From: Podospora anserina
Lineage: Eukaryota
NCBI GenBank assembly: GCA_017654855.1
Contig: CM030332.1
Span: forward strand, 4,650,001 to 4,714,000
DNA: 64,000 bases
Direction of reading: 5' to 3'
Numbering within the stretch: position 1 is the first letter of the stretch; every line of letters starts with the position of its first letter. Positions 62,815 through 64,000 of the stretch are shown in pieces. The translations under genes and the position numbers were made by a program. Under the pieces are notes generated by a model. It was not told the DNA's origin. It saw only the letters and a list, made by a program, of their open reading frames with translations, and did not search any database.

Positions 62815-64000
62815 AAAAAAGCGTTAGCCATGCGATGTATCAGACACCCCTTGTTGGATTTTTCAATTGCTGCTGAGGTTCTCATCCTCGGGTTGTATAA
62901 ATAATAGACGTATGATATTATTGGATTATTGTTGACGTTATCGGTTACGCATGAGGCTACGTCCTGCTTAATCTTGACCAAACGCTTTCCTGATGCTCAC
63001 ACAGCTCCCATGCCTACCTTGTGAGGACGATGACGGATAATAAAGGGCGGCCTCGGTAATCAGGATATGTGGATAAGCGGGAGCTGCCCGGTGTTTGCGG
63101 GGAGGTGACAGAGAGTACCCGTAATTATCTCCACGTTTAGCCGATAGAACATGACGCTTGGCTGGTTCTTGGTGTTCCATTTCTTACCGACCTCGAACCT
63201 GGACTCTTTTGGGATCTCTCGCTTTCTGTAAGACCGAAGGCATCACCGCAGCAGTCAGAAGCCAAGGACCAGCACTGAATCCTTGGAGACTACGACCGTG
63301 GCGCAAGGCTTCCACCGTCGCCATCAAAAGAGGAAAGCTTCCCTCAGACCCAACCGGGTGTGTTTGAGTTGTCAACGCATTCGTGGCTTTTCCAGGAGGC
63401 GGCGAATCCTCCCCACTAATATGAAGATGGGCCTTTCACATGCGAAGAAAGCCATGCCATCACGGAGATAAGGCAATTTTGCTCCCAGCCTGCTTTTTCA
63501 TCTCTGCCTTTGTCGTTTAAAGAGGCCGAATGGGAACGCTATACAATATTATACTATCAAACGTGTTAGATACCAGGTTGCCTGTCCCTCCGCTGTAAGT
63601 GGACTGGGCCTGGCTTCTCGCTTCGGCCTATCTCCGCAGCTCCACGAATTGGCGGCACCGGCCGGTAATGGCTTTGCCCGCTCGGGAGCCTGTACGCAAT
63701 GAATGCGATGAAACCTTCCAAACTTGTGTTCGCTCTGCCGCACCGGGACTTATCAAGATAGCGGTAGCAGTCGAGATTACAAAGCGACCACCTCTAGATT
63801 GTCCAATGTGAAGTGATATGCAATAGCATACAATTCAGACACAGAAGGACGTTCGTCGTGAGAGGGTCTAGCGTAGGTCTTGACCGTTTAACCCCGCCTT
63901 CCTAATCAGGTTGGTGAGTGCAGTAGCGCGGCTTGTCTCTGTAAGCCGTTGTGACTTATTTTCCTGGCCATCATGATTTGATCAACACGAACCGGCCAGC

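Noticed and set aside
1-64000. CRISPR arrays, rRNA, snRNA, in-frame premature stops needing editing, stop-readthrough PTS1 tails
   Set aside because: None recognised by eye in the spliced gene models or intergenic regions; an Infernal/tRNAscan run would be needed to exclude ncRNAs.

Overview
Eukaryotic DNA from a filamentous ascomycete. Short GT-AG introns with CTRAC/CTAAT branch sites, RIP-mutated repeats and the LTR family point to Sordariales, most plausibly the Podospora anserina species complex; this is inference. The window is mostly gene-dense euchromatin with 19 supportable protein-coding genes: mitochondrial L2, PAP2 phosphatase, CK2 beta, a putative Zn-finger/GST fusion, RIC1, TEX1/THOC3, a Zn2Cys6 TF, a Pho84-like MFS, a transposase-like HTH/polyQ protein, a conserved unknown, acetate kinase, a CSP-1/Nrg1-like C2H2 TF, PRP31, CLF1, GCV1, ethanolamine kinase, NPR3, an Rtg3/TFE-like bHLH and SFT2. 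One 4.4-kb AT-rich island (2209-6636) is bounded by TA-flanked terminal inverted repeats and filled with RIP-degraded Ty3/gypsy pieces and three LTR copies. The most interesting candidates are (1) a putative WRKY/GCM1-type C-C-H-x-H DNA-binding module fused in the same exon to a Cys-type (omega-like) GST, (2) an intron-containing, DDE-less IS630/Tc1-like double-HTH protein with a polyQ tail, possibly a domesticated transposase domain, and (3) the modular LTRs in the nested TE island. All splice sites were placed by eye and no database searches were run.
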